This document shows, in pieces, positions 21,279 through 31,322 of a stretch of 64,000 nucleotides of DNA. The DNA comes from an uncultured Candidatus Binatia bacterium. Lineage in GTDB: Bacteria; Desulfobacterota; Binatia; UBA9968; JAJDTQ01. Made by a program: the position numbers and the translations under genes. Below the pieces are notes generated by a model that was given only the letters and a program-made list of their open reading frames with translations, was not told the origin of the DNA and ran no database searches. The number at the start of each line of letters is the position of its first letter. Positions within the stretch are counted from its first letter, which is position 1. The DNA is taken from positions 2,560,001 through 2,624,000 of the forward strand of contig OZ251459.1 in assembly GCA_965242525.1 (NCBI GenBank), read 5' to 3'.

Positions 21279-22679
21279 TCACTGTCGGGGGAGGGGGCAG
21301 ACCGCCTGTCTCCCGGGCGTGGCGATACTCGCGAGCACGCTTGCGTCCTCCAACTGCGCCGCGTTGCGGCAGGCTTCGATCATCTCCCGGGTCGATGCAG
21401 CGCCCAGCAGGGGGTCGGCGAGGGCGTGCACCTTGTCTTCCATGTCCTGGTCCGACAGCGGACGCTCCAGGCTTCCCGAAGCATGCTCGACCGCGGCTTC
21501 CACGGAACGGCCGCCCTGCAACCGTATCCGCACCACCGCGGCGGACTCGCTCACGGCGCCGTCCGCCGCGGCCGAGACCCGGTCGCGCAGGGCCATGATC
21601 TCGGGGTGGTTGACGGTTTCGTCCGAGAACTCGGCTACGCCGACCCGTCCGAGCGCGAGCGCGGCCGCGGCCGCGTGATATACGCTGAACTTGCCTTCGA
21701 GCCCGGTCCGCGGCGTCCGGTTCCCGGTGAGCTCCAGCACGAGCGGGTGGACTCGCAACTCCACGGCTTCGACGTCGCCGGCGGTGATCCCGTGTTCCCG
21801 TTTGAGCCGGATGCAGCCGTCGAGGCTCGGGTGGATCACCACGCCGCAAGGGTAGGGCTTGTAGGTGTTGCGCGCGATCTCGTAGCCGTCGCCGAGTCCT
21901 TCGCAGATGGCCGCGTAGTCCTGCTTGGCGGAGAGCACCGGGGCGAACCCCCTGGGCGCTTCGATGGCCCGCTCGGAGCTGGTGAACCCGCGGGCGGCGA
22001 GCAAGGCCGCGGACAGGCCGTTCTGGGCGGCCCGTCCGACGTGGAAAGGCTTGCACATGGTCCCGAACATCTCCCGCAGCCCTGCGGCCTGGGTGGCGGC
22101 CGCGCCCAGGGCCCAGCACATGCGCCGGCGGTCCAGTCCGAGCGCGCGGCCGGCAGCGGCAGCGGCCCCGAAGACCCCCGCGGTGGCGGTGATGTGCCAG
22201 CCCGCGTCGTAATGGTCGGGGTAAACTGCGTTGCCGATGCGGCACTCCACCTCCACCCCGAGGATCAGCGCATGGAGGAACTCCCCGCCGGAGACAGGCC
22301 GGTGCTCGGCCAGGGCCAGCAGCGCCGCGGCCACCGGCCCGGCGGGATGGATGATGGTGCGCAGGTGCGTGTCGTCGAAGTCGAACACGTGGGAGCTCAG
22401 GCCGTTGAGCAGCGCCGCATGGAGCGCATCCACCCGCTCCGTGCGGCCCAGCACCGACGCCTGGGGCTTCCCCATGAAGGGTCCCAGGGCCCGCAGCGCG
22501 ATGTCCACCGATTCGTGGCGCGAGCCGCCCACCGCGCAGCCCATCCAGTTGAGCAGCGTGCGCGCGGCTTCGCCGCGCACGGCGTCGGGGACGGAGCGGA
22601 ACTCCGACTCGCAGACCCACCGGGCCAAGCGTCCGGTCACTTCCAGGTTCGAGGCGCTCACGGGGGACTTTGGATCCAT
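21279..22679 (-). CDS. MmgE/PrpD family protein
   Basis: AALLNGLSSHVFDFDDTH, GWHITAT, KPFHVG, YKPYPCG, KFS. Confidence 0.92.
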   Translation of the reverse strand: MDPKSPVSASNLEVTGRLARWVCESEFRSVPDAVRGEAARTLLNWMGCAVGGSRHESVDIALRALGPFMGKPQASVLGRTERVDALHAALLNGLSSHVFDFDDTHLRTIIHPAGPVAAALLALAEHRPVSGGEFLHALILGVEVECRIGNAVYPDHYDAGWHITATAGVFGAAAAAGRALGLDRRRMCWALGAAATQAAGLREMFGTMCKPFHVGRAAQNGLSAALLAARGFTSSERAIEAPRGFAPVLSAKQDYAAICEGLGDGYEIARNTYKPYPCGVVIHPSLDGCIRLKREHGITAGDVEAVELRVHPLVLELTGNRTPRTGLEGKFSVYHAAAAALALGRVGVAEFSDETVNHPEIMALRDRVSAAADGAVSESAAVVRIRLQGGRSVEAAVEHASGSLERPLSDQDMEDKVHALADPLLGAASTREMIEACRNAAQLEDASVLASIATPGRQAVCPLPRQ

Positions 22680-22867
22680 TCGGGAAAACGGCGCCGGACG
22701 GCGTCTCCGCTCGAAAGCCGGAGAGCGGTGTGGCGCTGCGGGACGGAGCGGAGCGGCCGCCGCGCCGTGGACCCACCCGCGCATGGGGCCGCCCCGCTCC
22801 TTGACAACGCGCCTTGGCGCCTTCAATGTTGATTCGGTAATATACCCCAAATCGACGGAGGTGTGAA

Positions 22868-23989
22868 ATGAACGTTGTTGACGCTGACGGCCACGTGGAA
22901 GAGTGCCTGGCGACCTTCGACGACGAATACCTCGACCCCGGGTTCCGGGGCCAGCGGCCTCGCGTGGTGGGCGTGGACGGCATGGCCTACTGGATGATCG
23001 ACGAGCAACTGTTCCCCCGCCGGGTGGGCCGGGGCTGCAACAACCTGGGCACGCCGGTCACCATCGACGGCAAGCCCGCGAAACACTCCGAAGGCAAGCC
23101 GGAAAGCGTCGGGAGCATGGAACTCACCAACATCCCCGAGCGGCTGGAGATCATGGACGAGGAAGACATCGCCGTGCAGGTGGTCTATCCGACCCTCTTC
23201 CTCGCCTATCCGCTCACCAGCAACACGGCGTTGGCCACCGCCCTGTGCGACTCCTACAACCGTTGGCTGGGAGACCGGTTGGGCGGCCACGACCGGATCA
23301 AGTGGGCCGCGGTGGTGAACCTGGACGACGTGGACGGCGCGGTGCGGTCGGTGCGCGAGGCCAGCGGGATGGGAGCGGTTTCGGTCATGGTGCTGGGCAC
23401 CGCGGGCGACCGGCTCCTGGACGAGGACGACCTGCTGCCGTTCTACGAGGCGGTGGAGGGAGAGAACCTCGCCCTGGGCGTCCACGTGGGCTGGTCCTGC
23501 CCGTCGGTGAACAACCTCTACTCGCACATCTATCCCTCCGGCGTCATCGCGTTCCACATGCCCGTCCTCATGGCGTGCACTTCCCTGATGGCCGGCGGCG
23601 TCCTCGACCGGTTCCCGGACATGCGGGTGGTGTTCCTGGAGGCGGGATGCATGTGGGTGCCCTTCATGCTCGACCGTCTGAAGCATCGCTACGAGAACCA
23701 GGGGGAGCTGCTGCTCAAGTTCATCCCCGAGACCGTCCCCAGGCAGGCGCTCCCGGCCATGGAGTACGTCAGGAAGGGCAACCTCTACTTCAGCGCGGAG
23801 ATCGAGGACTCCCTGCTGCCGCAGGTGATGGACCTGGTGGGGCAGGGACAGATCGTCACCGGAACGGACATGCCCCACGGCGACCGGGAACGCTATGCCG
23901 CGCGCATGCTGTGCGAGCGGACCGACATCTCCGACGCCGCCAAGGACGCCATCCTGGACTCCAACCCCAGGCGGCTCTACGGGCTGTGA
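22868..23989 (+). CDS. Amidohydrolase family 2 protein
   Basis: VDADGH, LGVHVG, GGVLDRFPDMRVVFLEAG, TDMPHGD. Confidence 0.9.
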   Translation: MNVVDADGHVEECLATFDDEYLDPGFRGQRPRVVGVDGMAYWMIDEQLFPRRVGRGCNNLGTPVTIDGKPAKHSEGKPESVGSMELTNIPERLEIMDEEDIAVQVVYPTLFLAYPLTSNTALATALCDSYNRWLGDRLGGHDRIKWAAVVNLDDVDGAVRSVREASGMGAVSVMVLGTAGDRLLDEDDLLPFYEAVEGENLALGVHVGWSCPSVNNLYSHIYPSGVIAFHMPVLMACTSLMAGGVLDRFPDMRVVFLEAGCMWVPFMLDRLKHRYENQGELLLKFIPETVPRQALPAMEYVRKGNLYFSAEIEDSLLPQVMDLVGQGQIVTGTDMPHGDRERYAARMLCERTDISDAAKDAILDSNPRRLYGL

Positions 23990-24084
23990 GGCGGGGATGG
24001 CGCTGAAGGCTTCCCTCGGGGCCGGCTACGGCCGCCTGTTCGAGCACGAGTACGAACGGGACCCGTCCCCGGCGTGAAGTTGCA

Positions 24085-26676
24085 ATGGCATCCATGACCG
24101 GCATGTTCGAAGAGCGGTTGCAGTCATGTAGCTCCCCGATTCGGGGCTTGGCGGGCTGGATAGCTCTCGCCTCGTTCGTGGCGATGCTTTCCTCGTGCGG
24201 GGGAGGCGGCGGGACGTCGCCCCTTTCGGGACCGTCCCGGTCGGGGCCCTCGCCCGTGCCGGTGCCGCCCGCGCTGCCGCCCGCAGCACCGCCATCACAG
24301 CCATCACAGCCGGAGCCGACACAGCCGACACAGCCACAGCCGACACCGGCGCCGCCATCACAGCCGGCGCCATCTCCACCGCAGACGGCGGGCACTACGG
24401 TGCGCGCGTTTGCTTCGGAGGTTCGCTACACCTCCCCTGCGGGCCACCCCAGGCCGGCGACCACCATCTACAGGGCCGAAACCCTGGAGCCTGCGACGAA
24501 CCCCCGGACCGCCAGTTCCTGGGAGACCAGCGAGTACAACGCCCAGGCCGGCCTGGGGTTGATCCGCGCAAGCACGGGATACGCGGCGCGCACCACCGGG
24601 CGGCCGGGCGGCGGCGGCAAGACCATCGCCATCGTTGACCAACTGATCCCCGTTGACGACCACGAGTCCGTCGGCCATCCCGATTTGCAGGGCGCGAGGG
24701 CGGTGACCATCTCGGGACGGGGAATTACCGGCACCCACGGAGCGCGCGTCGCCGGAGTCGCCGCCGCCCGGCGCAACGGATTCGGGATGCACGGGGTCGC
24801 CTACAACGCGAACATCGTCAACATCCCTTCCTCCGACAGCCGGAGGAGGGACTTCGAGGCGATCATGGCGTCCATCGCCGGCCTGACCGGGCGTTACGTG
24901 GAATGGGACTCCAGGCCCGGGGCGAGCGCCCATGTCGCGAACTTCAGCCTCGTCGTGAGGATAGGGGGCGGGCGCGACATCGAGCCCGTCAGGAGGGGGA
25001 TGCGGCTCATGGCCCGGGAGGGCCGCGTGATCACCGCTTCCGCGGGGAACCTGGGGGCGCGTGACCCGACGTCCTATCCTTCCCTCGGAGTGGCGGACGA
25101 GGGGGTCGCGGGGTGGGCCATCGCGGTGGGCTCGCTGGACGCGACGGGCGAGGCCGCGTCGTCGTCGAGCAACCGGTGCGGCAGGGTCAAGAGGTGGTGC
25201 CTGTTCGCGCCGGGGGACGGAATCAACTCCACCAGCGGCGAGTACTTCGGTACGCTCCGGAACTATCAGGTCAGTTCGGGCACGTCCTTCGCCGCGCCGC
25301 ACGTGGCCGGGGCCGTGGCCGCGGTCTGGGGCGCGTTTCCGAACAAGACCGGCACGCAGATCGTCGATCGCATCCTGAGCACCGCCCGGCAAGTGGACTC
25401 CGCAAACGGCGCTTACGACGCCGACGGCCTTTCCGCCATCTACGGCCATGGCGCCCTCGACCTCGGCGCGGCGATGAACCCGGTGGGCTTCACCAGCCTG
25501 GCGGTGGGCGGCTCCGGGACGGTCCCGGTGCGGCGGAGTTTCGTCTCCCTGCCGCCGGGATTCCGGCATCGCCCCACCGCGGCGCTGCGGGACGCCATCG
25601 TCTATGACACCCAGATGTTCCCGTTCCTGCACGACCTGAACGGCGCGGTTCGAGCGCACCGCTGGCGTTCGGCCGCGAGCGCGGTGGACGATTTCCTGTC
25701 CCTGCGGCGCTACGTCCGGTGGGCGTCGCGTCCGGGCCGCCGGACCCGGTTGGAGTTGGCGGGGCCGCAACGGGACCGCACCGGCCGGGACCCGTCGGAT
25801 GAGGTGCGCGGCCCCCAGTTTCTCGTGTCGGCAACGTCGGCCCTGTCGTTCCGGTTCGGTCCGAGCTTCGGAGTCCGGGGGGTTTCGAACGACTTCGTGG
25901 CCCGGCGCCTGGGGCGGGGCTTGTTCGGGGAGGGGTTCGTGGTGGGGCCGTTCACGGAGTTGGTGGGGAAAGGCGCGGCGCTGGGGGTGGACTGGCGTGG
26001 GGACGAGCGCACGCGGCTGGACTTGGTGGGGAAGGCGGGGTCGGGTTATTTCGGCGATGGACGGGCGTGGCTGGCTTCGTTCGGGGTGACCCGGGGGTTG
26101 GGGTCCGGCCTGAGTCTGGGGGCGCGCTACGGAGCGTTGCGGGAGCGGGGTTCGCTGCTGGGCATCCGGGGGAGCGGCGCGTTCCGGGGGGCTTCGGGTG
26201 GACACACGGACTTCGTGGACCTGGGGGTGGAGTGGCAGGCCGCATCCGGCCCGGTGTTTTTCGGCAGCGTCGGTCGTGGGTTGACGAAGGGCGAAGCGGG
26301 CGGCCCCGGGTCGCTGATAACGGGGTGGAGGGGAGGCCGTGGGGAGTCGTTCGCGCTGGGAGGCGAGTGGACGGACGTGTGGCGTGATGCGGACCGTCTG
26401 ACCCTGTCGGCGTCTTCGCCGTTGCGTCCGCGGGGAGCGGGGATGTACGTGGACGTGCCGGACCGGGAGTTGGGGGACGGAGTGGTGGGGTACACGCGGC
26501 ATTGGGTGGACCTGTCGCCTCGGGGTCGGGAATTGCGGTTGCAACTGGTGTACGAGACGGACATGGCCCCGGGAGCGGCGTTGACCCTGGGCAGTTTCCT
26601 GCGGCTGCAACCGGACCACGACCCGAGGGCGGCGTCGGAATACGGGGCGGCCGCAAGACTGCGGGTGGATTTCTGA
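24085..26676 (+). CDS. Lipoprotein subtilase (S8) with C-terminal outer-membrane beta-barrel-like domain, copy 1
   Basis: Lipobox LSSC, Pro/Gln-rich linker, triad IAIVD / HGARVAG / GTSFAAP, oxyanion SAGN, terminal LRVDF. Exact start uncertain. Confidence 0.85.
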   Translation: MASMTGMFEERLQSCSSPIRGLAGWIALASFVAMLSSCGGGGGTSPLSGPSRSGPSPVPVPPALPPAAPPSQPSQPEPTQPTQPQPTPAPPSQPAPSPPQTAGTTVRAFASEVRYTSPAGHPRPATTIYRAETLEPATNPRTASSWETSEYNAQAGLGLIRASTGYAARTTGRPGGGGKTIAIVDQLIPVDDHESVGHPDLQGARAVTISGRGITGTHGARVAGVAAARRNGFGMHGVAYNANIVNIPSSDSRRRDFEAIMASIAGLTGRYVEWDSRPGASAHVANFSLVVRIGGGRDIEPVRRGMRLMAREGRVITASAGNLGARDPTSYPSLGVADEGVAGWAIAVGSLDATGEAASSSSNRCGRVKRWCLFAPGDGINSTSGEYFGTLRNYQVSSGTSFAAPHVAGAVAAVWGAFPNKTGTQIVDRILSTARQVDSANGAYDADGLSAIYGHGALDLGAAMNPVGFTSLAVGGSGTVPVRRSFVSLPPGFRHRPTAALRDAIVYDTQMFPFLHDLNGAVRAHRWRSAASAVDDFLSLRRYVRWASRPGRRTRLELAGPQRDRTGRDPSDEVRGPQFLVSATSALSFRFGPSFGVRGVSNDFVARRLGRGLFGEGFVVGPFTELVGKGAALGVDWRGDERTRLDLVGKAGSGYFGDGRAWLASFGVTRGLGSGLSLGARYGALRERGSLLGIRGSGAFRGASGGHTDFVDLGVEWQAASGPVFFGSVGRGLTKGEAGGPGSLITGWRGGRGESFALGGEWTDVWRDADRLTLSASSPLRPRGAGMYVDVPDRELGDGVVGYTRHWVDLSPRGRELRLQLVYETDMAPGAALTLGSFLRLQPDHDPRAASEYGAAARLRVDF

Positions 26677-26822
26677 CGGGAGCGTTCTCGCGCCGGACGC
26701 CTGACAACCTCCCGGGGAAGGCGACGAGTCCGGGGCCGCATGGCCTTCGGAAGATGTTGACACGGGGCCGTCCTCGACCCGCACTCGAGGAAGCAAGCCA
26801 GACCTGACAGGGGGAACGATCG

Positions 26823-27233
26823 GTGACCCGGAAGCATCTCTTGCAGGAAACGGCGGCGTGCGGCAAGTACGCCCCGCTCCACCGCCATCTTCTCGCTCTC
26901 CACACGGCGCCGGAATGGCGTGCCTCGTTCGGCGAGGTCGAGGCGATCCTGGGCTTTCGCCTGCCGGACTCCGCACGACTGCACCGCCCCTGGTGGTCGA
27001 ACCGGAAAAGCGACCGCGGCCACAGCCATGCGCTCGCCTGGCAGGCGGCAGGATGGCGGACCCGCGCTGTCGATCTCGAAGCGGAGAGGCTGACCTTCGA
27101 GCGCACGGACGACGCACCCTCCCGGCGCGGTGCGTTCTCGGTCTCGGAGATCCTGCCCCCTCACGACCCCGGTCCGTGGCCCCGGGGCTTTACCGCGAGC
27201 CGCGAGCAGATCTACGGCGACGACGTCCGCTGA
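26823..27233 (+). CDS. DUF7662-like protein, probable antitoxin
   Basis: GKYAPL..HL...SFGEVEAILG..LP.SA....WWSN...H..AW..AGW, plus a C-terminal SREQIYGDD tail like those of antitoxins upstream of PIN toxins. Confidence 0.6.
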   Translation: MTRKHLLQETAACGKYAPLHRHLLALHTAPEWRASFGEVEAILGFRLPDSARLHRPWWSNRKSDRGHSHALAWQAAGWRTRAVDLEAERLTFERTDDAPSRRGAFSVSEILPPHDPGPWPRGFTASREQIYGDDVR

Positions 27234-27239
27234 CCGGCC

Positions 27240-27398
27240 GTGTTCATCGACACCAACGTTCTCGTCGCGGTCCGGTTCGTGACCGCGCCCCATCATGCGA
27301 GGGCCCGTGCGAGCGTCGATCGCGCTGGCGGCGGTGCGGAACCCCTGCGCATCAGCCGTCAAGTCTTGCGCGAGTCAAGGCCCAAGTCCCCGGCATGA
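27240..27398 (+). pseudogene. Truncated PIN/VapC toxin
   Basis: Manual translation MFIDTNVLVAVRF...LRISRQVLRE, then a stop within the duplicated leader of subtilase copy 2. Confidence 0.75.
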
Positions 27399-27405
27399 AG
27401 TTGCA

Positions 27406-30033
27406 ATGGCCTCCATGACCGGCGTGTTCGAAGAACGGTTGCAGTCATGCGGCTCCCCGATTCGGGGCATGTCGGGCTGGATAGCTCTCGCCTCGTTCGT
27501 GGCAATGCTTTCCGCGTGCGGGGGAGGCGGCGGGACGTCGTCCGTTTCGGCGCCGTCCCGGTCGGGGCCCTCGCCCGCGCCGATACCCGCGCCGCCGCCC
27601 GCAGCACCGCCGACACAGCCATCACAGCCATCACAGCCATCACAGCCGGCGCCGACACCGGCGCCGCCATCACAGCCGGCGCCATCTCCACCGCCCCCGC
27701 CGTCCCCGGCGCCCGCACCACCGTCGCCACCCCCACCACCGGCGCAGGCGGCGGGCACTACGGTGCGCGCGTTTGCTTCGGAGGTCCGCTACACCTCTCC
27801 GGCGGGCCATCCCAGGCAGGCGACCACCACCTACAGGGCCGAAACCCTGGAGCCTGCGACGAACCCCCGGACCGCCAGTTCCTGGGAGACCAGCGAGTAC
27901 AACGCCCAAGCCGGCCTGGGGCTGATCCGCGCCAGCACGGGATACGCGGCGCGCACCACCGGGCGGCCGGGCGGCGGCGGCAGGACCATCGCCATCGTTG
28001 ACCAGCTAATCCCCGTTGACGATGCCGAGTCCGTCGGCCATCCCGATTTGCAGGGCGTGGAGACGGTGACCGTCTCGGGACGGGGAAGCAGCGGCTCCCA
28101 CGGAACGCGCATCGCCGGAGTCGCCGCCGCCCGGCGCAACGGATTCGGGATGCACGGGGTCGCCTACAACGCGAACATCGTCAACATCCCCTACGCCGAC
28201 GACGGCCGGAGGGACTTCGAGGCGATCATGGCGTCCATCGCCGGCCTGACCGGGCGTTACGTGGAATGGGACTCCAGGCCCGAGGCGAGCGCCCATGTCG
28301 GGAGCTTCAGCATCGGCGTGAGGGGGCCGCGCGACATCGAGCCCGCCAGGAGGGGGATGCGGCTCATGGCCCGGGAGGGCCGCGTGATCACCGCTTCCGC
28401 GGGGAACGAGGGTGGCGCGGACCCGGCGCACTATCCTTCCCTCGGAGTGGCGGACGAGGGCGTCGCGGGGTGGGGCATCGTGGTGGGCGCGCTGGACGCG
28501 ACGGGCGAGGCCGCGGCGTCGTGGAGCAACCGGTGCGGCAGGGTCAAGAGGTGGTGCCTGTTCGCGCCGGGGACGGACATCAACTCCACCAGCGGCGTTT
28601 ACTTCGGTACGAGCCGGAATTATCAGGCCAGTTCGGGCACGTCCTTCGCCGCGCCGCACGTGGCCGGGGCCGTGGCCGCGGTATGGGGCGCGTTTCCGAA
28701 CAAGACCGGCACGCAGATCGTCGATCGCATCCTGAGCACCGCCCGGCAGGTGGACACCGCGAACGGCGCTTACGACGCCGACGGCCTTTCCGCCATCTAC
28801 GGCCACGGCGCCCTCGACCTCGGCGCGGCGATGAACCCGGTGGGCTTCACCAGCCTGGCGGTGGGCGGTTCCGGGACGGTCCCGGTGCGGCGGAGCTTCG
28901 TCTCCCTGCCGCCGGGCTTCCGGCATCGCCCCACCGCGGCGCTGCGGGACGCCATCGTCTATGACACGCAGATGTTCCCGTTCCTGCACGACCTGAACGG
29001 CGCGGTTCGAGCGCACCGCTGGCGTTCGGCCGCGAGCGCGGTGGATGATTTCCTGTCCCTGCGGCGCTACGTCCGGTGGGCGTCGCGTCCGGGGCGCCGG
29101 ACCCGGTTGGAGTCGGCAGGGTCGCAACGGGACCGCACCGCCCGGGACCCGTCGGACGAGGTACGCGGCCCCCAGTTTCTCGTGTCGGCAACGCCGGCCC
29201 TGTCGTTCCGGTTCGGTCCGAGCTTCGGAGTCCGGGGGGTTTCGAACGACTTCGTGGCCCGGCGCCTGGGGCGGGGCTTGTTCGGGGAGGGGTTCGTGGT
29301 GGGGCCGTTCACGGAGTTGGTGGGGAAAGGCGCGGCGCTGGGGGTGGACTGGCGTGGGGACGAGCGCACGCGGCTGGACTTGGTGGGGAAGACGGGGTCG
29401 GGTTATTTCGGGGACGGTCGGGCGTGGCTGGCTTCGTTCGGGGTGACCCGGGGGTTGGGGTCCGGCCTGAGTCTGGGGGCGCGCTACGGGGCGTTGCGGG
29501 AGCGGGGTTCGCTGCTGGGCATCCGGGGGAGCGGTGCGTTCGGTGGGGCTTCGGGTGGGCGCACGGACTTCGTGGACCTGGGGGTGGAGTGGCAGGTCGC
29601 ATCCGGCCCGGTGTTCTTCGGCAGCGTCGGTCGGGGTTCGACGAAGGGCGAAGCGGGCGGTTCCGGGTCGCTGATAACGGGTTGGCGGGGAGGCCGTGGC
29701 GAGTCGTTCGCGTTGGGAGGCGAGTGGTCGGACGTGTGGCGTGATGCGGACCGTCTGACCCTGTCGGCGTCTTCGCCGTTGCGTACGCGGGGGGCGGGGA
29801 TGTACGTGGACGTGCCGGACCGGGAGTTGGGGGACGGAGTGGTGGGGTACACGCGGCATTGGGTGGACCTGTCGCCTCGGGGTCGGGAAGTGCGGTTGCA
29901 ACTGGTGTACGAGACGGACATGGCGCCGGGTGCGGCGTTGACCCTGGGCAGCTTCCTGCGGCTGCACCCGGACCACGACCCGGGGGCGGCGTCGGAATAC
30001 GGCGCGGCCGCAAGACTGCGGGTGGATTTCTGA
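27406..30033 (+). CDS. Lipoprotein subtilase/autotransporter-like protein, copy 2
   Basis: Lipobox LSAC, triad IAIVD / HGTRIAG / GTSFAAP, terminal LRVDF; near-identical to copy 1. Confidence 0.85.
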   Translation: MASMTGVFEERLQSCGSPIRGMSGWIALASFVAMLSACGGGGGTSSVSAPSRSGPSPAPIPAPPPAAPPTQPSQPSQPSQPAPTPAPPSQPAPSPPPPPSPAPAPPSPPPPPAQAAGTTVRAFASEVRYTSPAGHPRQATTTYRAETLEPATNPRTASSWETSEYNAQAGLGLIRASTGYAARTTGRPGGGGRTIAIVDQLIPVDDAESVGHPDLQGVETVTVSGRGSSGSHGTRIAGVAAARRNGFGMHGVAYNANIVNIPYADDGRRDFEAIMASIAGLTGRYVEWDSRPEASAHVGSFSIGVRGPRDIEPARRGMRLMAREGRVITASAGNEGGADPAHYPSLGVADEGVAGWGIVVGALDATGEAAASWSNRCGRVKRWCLFAPGTDINSTSGVYFGTSRNYQASSGTSFAAPHVAGAVAAVWGAFPNKTGTQIVDRILSTARQVDTANGAYDADGLSAIYGHGALDLGAAMNPVGFTSLAVGGSGTVPVRRSFVSLPPGFRHRPTAALRDAIVYDTQMFPFLHDLNGAVRAHRWRSAASAVDDFLSLRRYVRWASRPGRRTRLESAGSQRDRTARDPSDEVRGPQFLVSATPALSFRFGPSFGVRGVSNDFVARRLGRGLFGEGFVVGPFTELVGKGAALGVDWRGDERTRLDLVGKTGSGYFGDGRAWLASFGVTRGLGSGLSLGARYGALRERGSLLGIRGSGAFGGASGGRTDFVDLGVEWQVASGPVFFGSVGRGSTKGEAGGSGSLITGWRGGRGESFALGGEWSDVWRDADRLTLSASSPLRTRGAGMYVDVPDRELGDGVVGYTRHWVDLSPRGREVRLQLVYETDMAPGAALTLGSFLRLHPDHDPGAASEYGAAARLRVDF

Positions 30034-30101
30034 CGGGAGCGTTCCCGCGCCGGACGCCTGACGACCGTATCCTGCGCATTCGTGAAGGAACGGTGAAGTC
30101 C

Positions 30102-31319
30102 ATGAAGAAGAAAGCGGCTGAAGCCGCCGCGCCCAACGGCGCATACCGGTCCTTGGTGGGCGGCATCAGCGGCGTCGTTGAGGACGCCAGACGCACCGCG
30201 GTCCGCTCTGTGAACGCGGCCATGACGGCCGCGTACTGGTTGATCGGGCGGCACATCGTGGAGTTCGAGCAGGGCGGGAGAGACCGCGGTGAGTACGGCG
30301 GCAAAGTGGTGGAGCGGCTTGCGACGGACCTTTCCGCCCGCTACGGGCGAGGGTTCTCGGTCCGCAACCTCTGGCAGATGCGAGCGTTCTATGCAGGTTG
30401 GCCGGTCCTCCGGCCAGAACCGGCCGAGTCCGCGGCGGCGGAAAAACCGCAGACACCGTTTGCAGAATCACGGTCAAGGGAAAAACCGCAGACGGCGCCT
30501 GCAGAATCGGAGCCAACGCAAAAACTGCTGGAGGCGTCCGGAGATTCTCTGCTGGCCGGAATAGCCAGGCGCTTCCCTCTGCCATGGTCCGCCTATGTGC
30601 GCCTTCTGGCCGTCAAGAACCCAAACGCCCGTTCGTTCTACGAGGCGGAGGCCTTGCGCGCCGGCTGGTCCGTCCGTCAGCTTGACCGTCAGATCAACTC
30701 CCGGTTCTACGAGCGCACCGCCCTGTCCAGGGACAAGGCGAATATGCTCAGGAAGGGCGAGCAAGCGCAACTCGCGGATGCCGTGATACCGGAGGAAGCC
30801 ATCAAGGACCCATTTGTCCTGGAGTTCCTGGACCTCAAGGACGAGTATTCCGAGAGCGACTTGGAGGACGCCCTGATCCAGCGCTTGGAGAGCTTCCTGA
30901 TGGAACTCGGCGGCGACTTCTGCTTCATTGGCAGGCAACGACGCCTGCGCATCGACGACGAGTGGTACCGCGTGGACCTGATGTTCTTCCACCGAGTGCT
31001 GCGCTGCCTCGTCCTCATCGACTTGAAGGTAGGCAAGTTCACCCACGCCGATGCCGGCCAAATGCACCTCTACCTCAACTACGCCCGTGAACACTGGGTC
31101 CACGCGCACGAAAACCCGCCCGTCGGCCTGATCCTCTGCGCCCAAAAGGGAGAATCCCTCGCTCGTTACGCACTCGAAGGCTTGCCGAACAAGGTAATGG
31201 CCGCCGAATACCGCACCGCCTTGCCGGACGAAGCGTTGCTGGTGGCCGAAATCGAGCGGGCGAGAGACGAACTTGACCCGAAGAACGATCATCTCTCAGA
31301 CCGGCGGGAAGGAGCATAG
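30102..31319 (+). CDS. yhcG: YhcG/DUF1016 PD-(D/E)xK nuclease-domain protein
   Basis: YWLIGRHIVEFEQ, GFSVRNLWQMRAFY, WSVRQLDRQI, IKDPFVLEFL, VDLMFFHR, IDLKVG, GQMHLY, PVGLILC. Confidence 0.88.
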   Translation: MKKKAAEAAAPNGAYRSLVGGISGVVEDARRTAVRSVNAAMTAAYWLIGRHIVEFEQGGRDRGEYGGKVVERLATDLSARYGRGFSVRNLWQMRAFYAGWPVLRPEPAESAAAEKPQTPFAESRSREKPQTAPAESEPTQKLLEASGDSLLAGIARRFPLPWSAYVRLLAVKNPNARSFYEAEALRAGWSVRQLDRQINSRFYERTALSRDKANMLRKGEQAQLADAVIPEEAIKDPFVLEFLDLKDEYSESDLEDALIQRLESFLMELGGDFCFIGRQRRLRIDDEWYRVDLMFFHRVLRCLVLIDLKVGKFTHADAGQMHLYLNYAREHWVHAHENPPVGLILCAQKGESLARYALEGLPNKVMAAEYRTALPDEALLVAEIERARDELDPKNDHLSDRREGA

Positions 31320-31322
31320 ACT

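Noticed and set aside
19767-22832. Long alternative-frame and antisense ORFs (also 1234-3408, 7228-9300, 24358-27117, 54921-57674, 57930-59984)
   Set aside because: Shadows of well-supported genes in high-GC DNA, with Arg/Gly/Pro-rich translations and no motifs.
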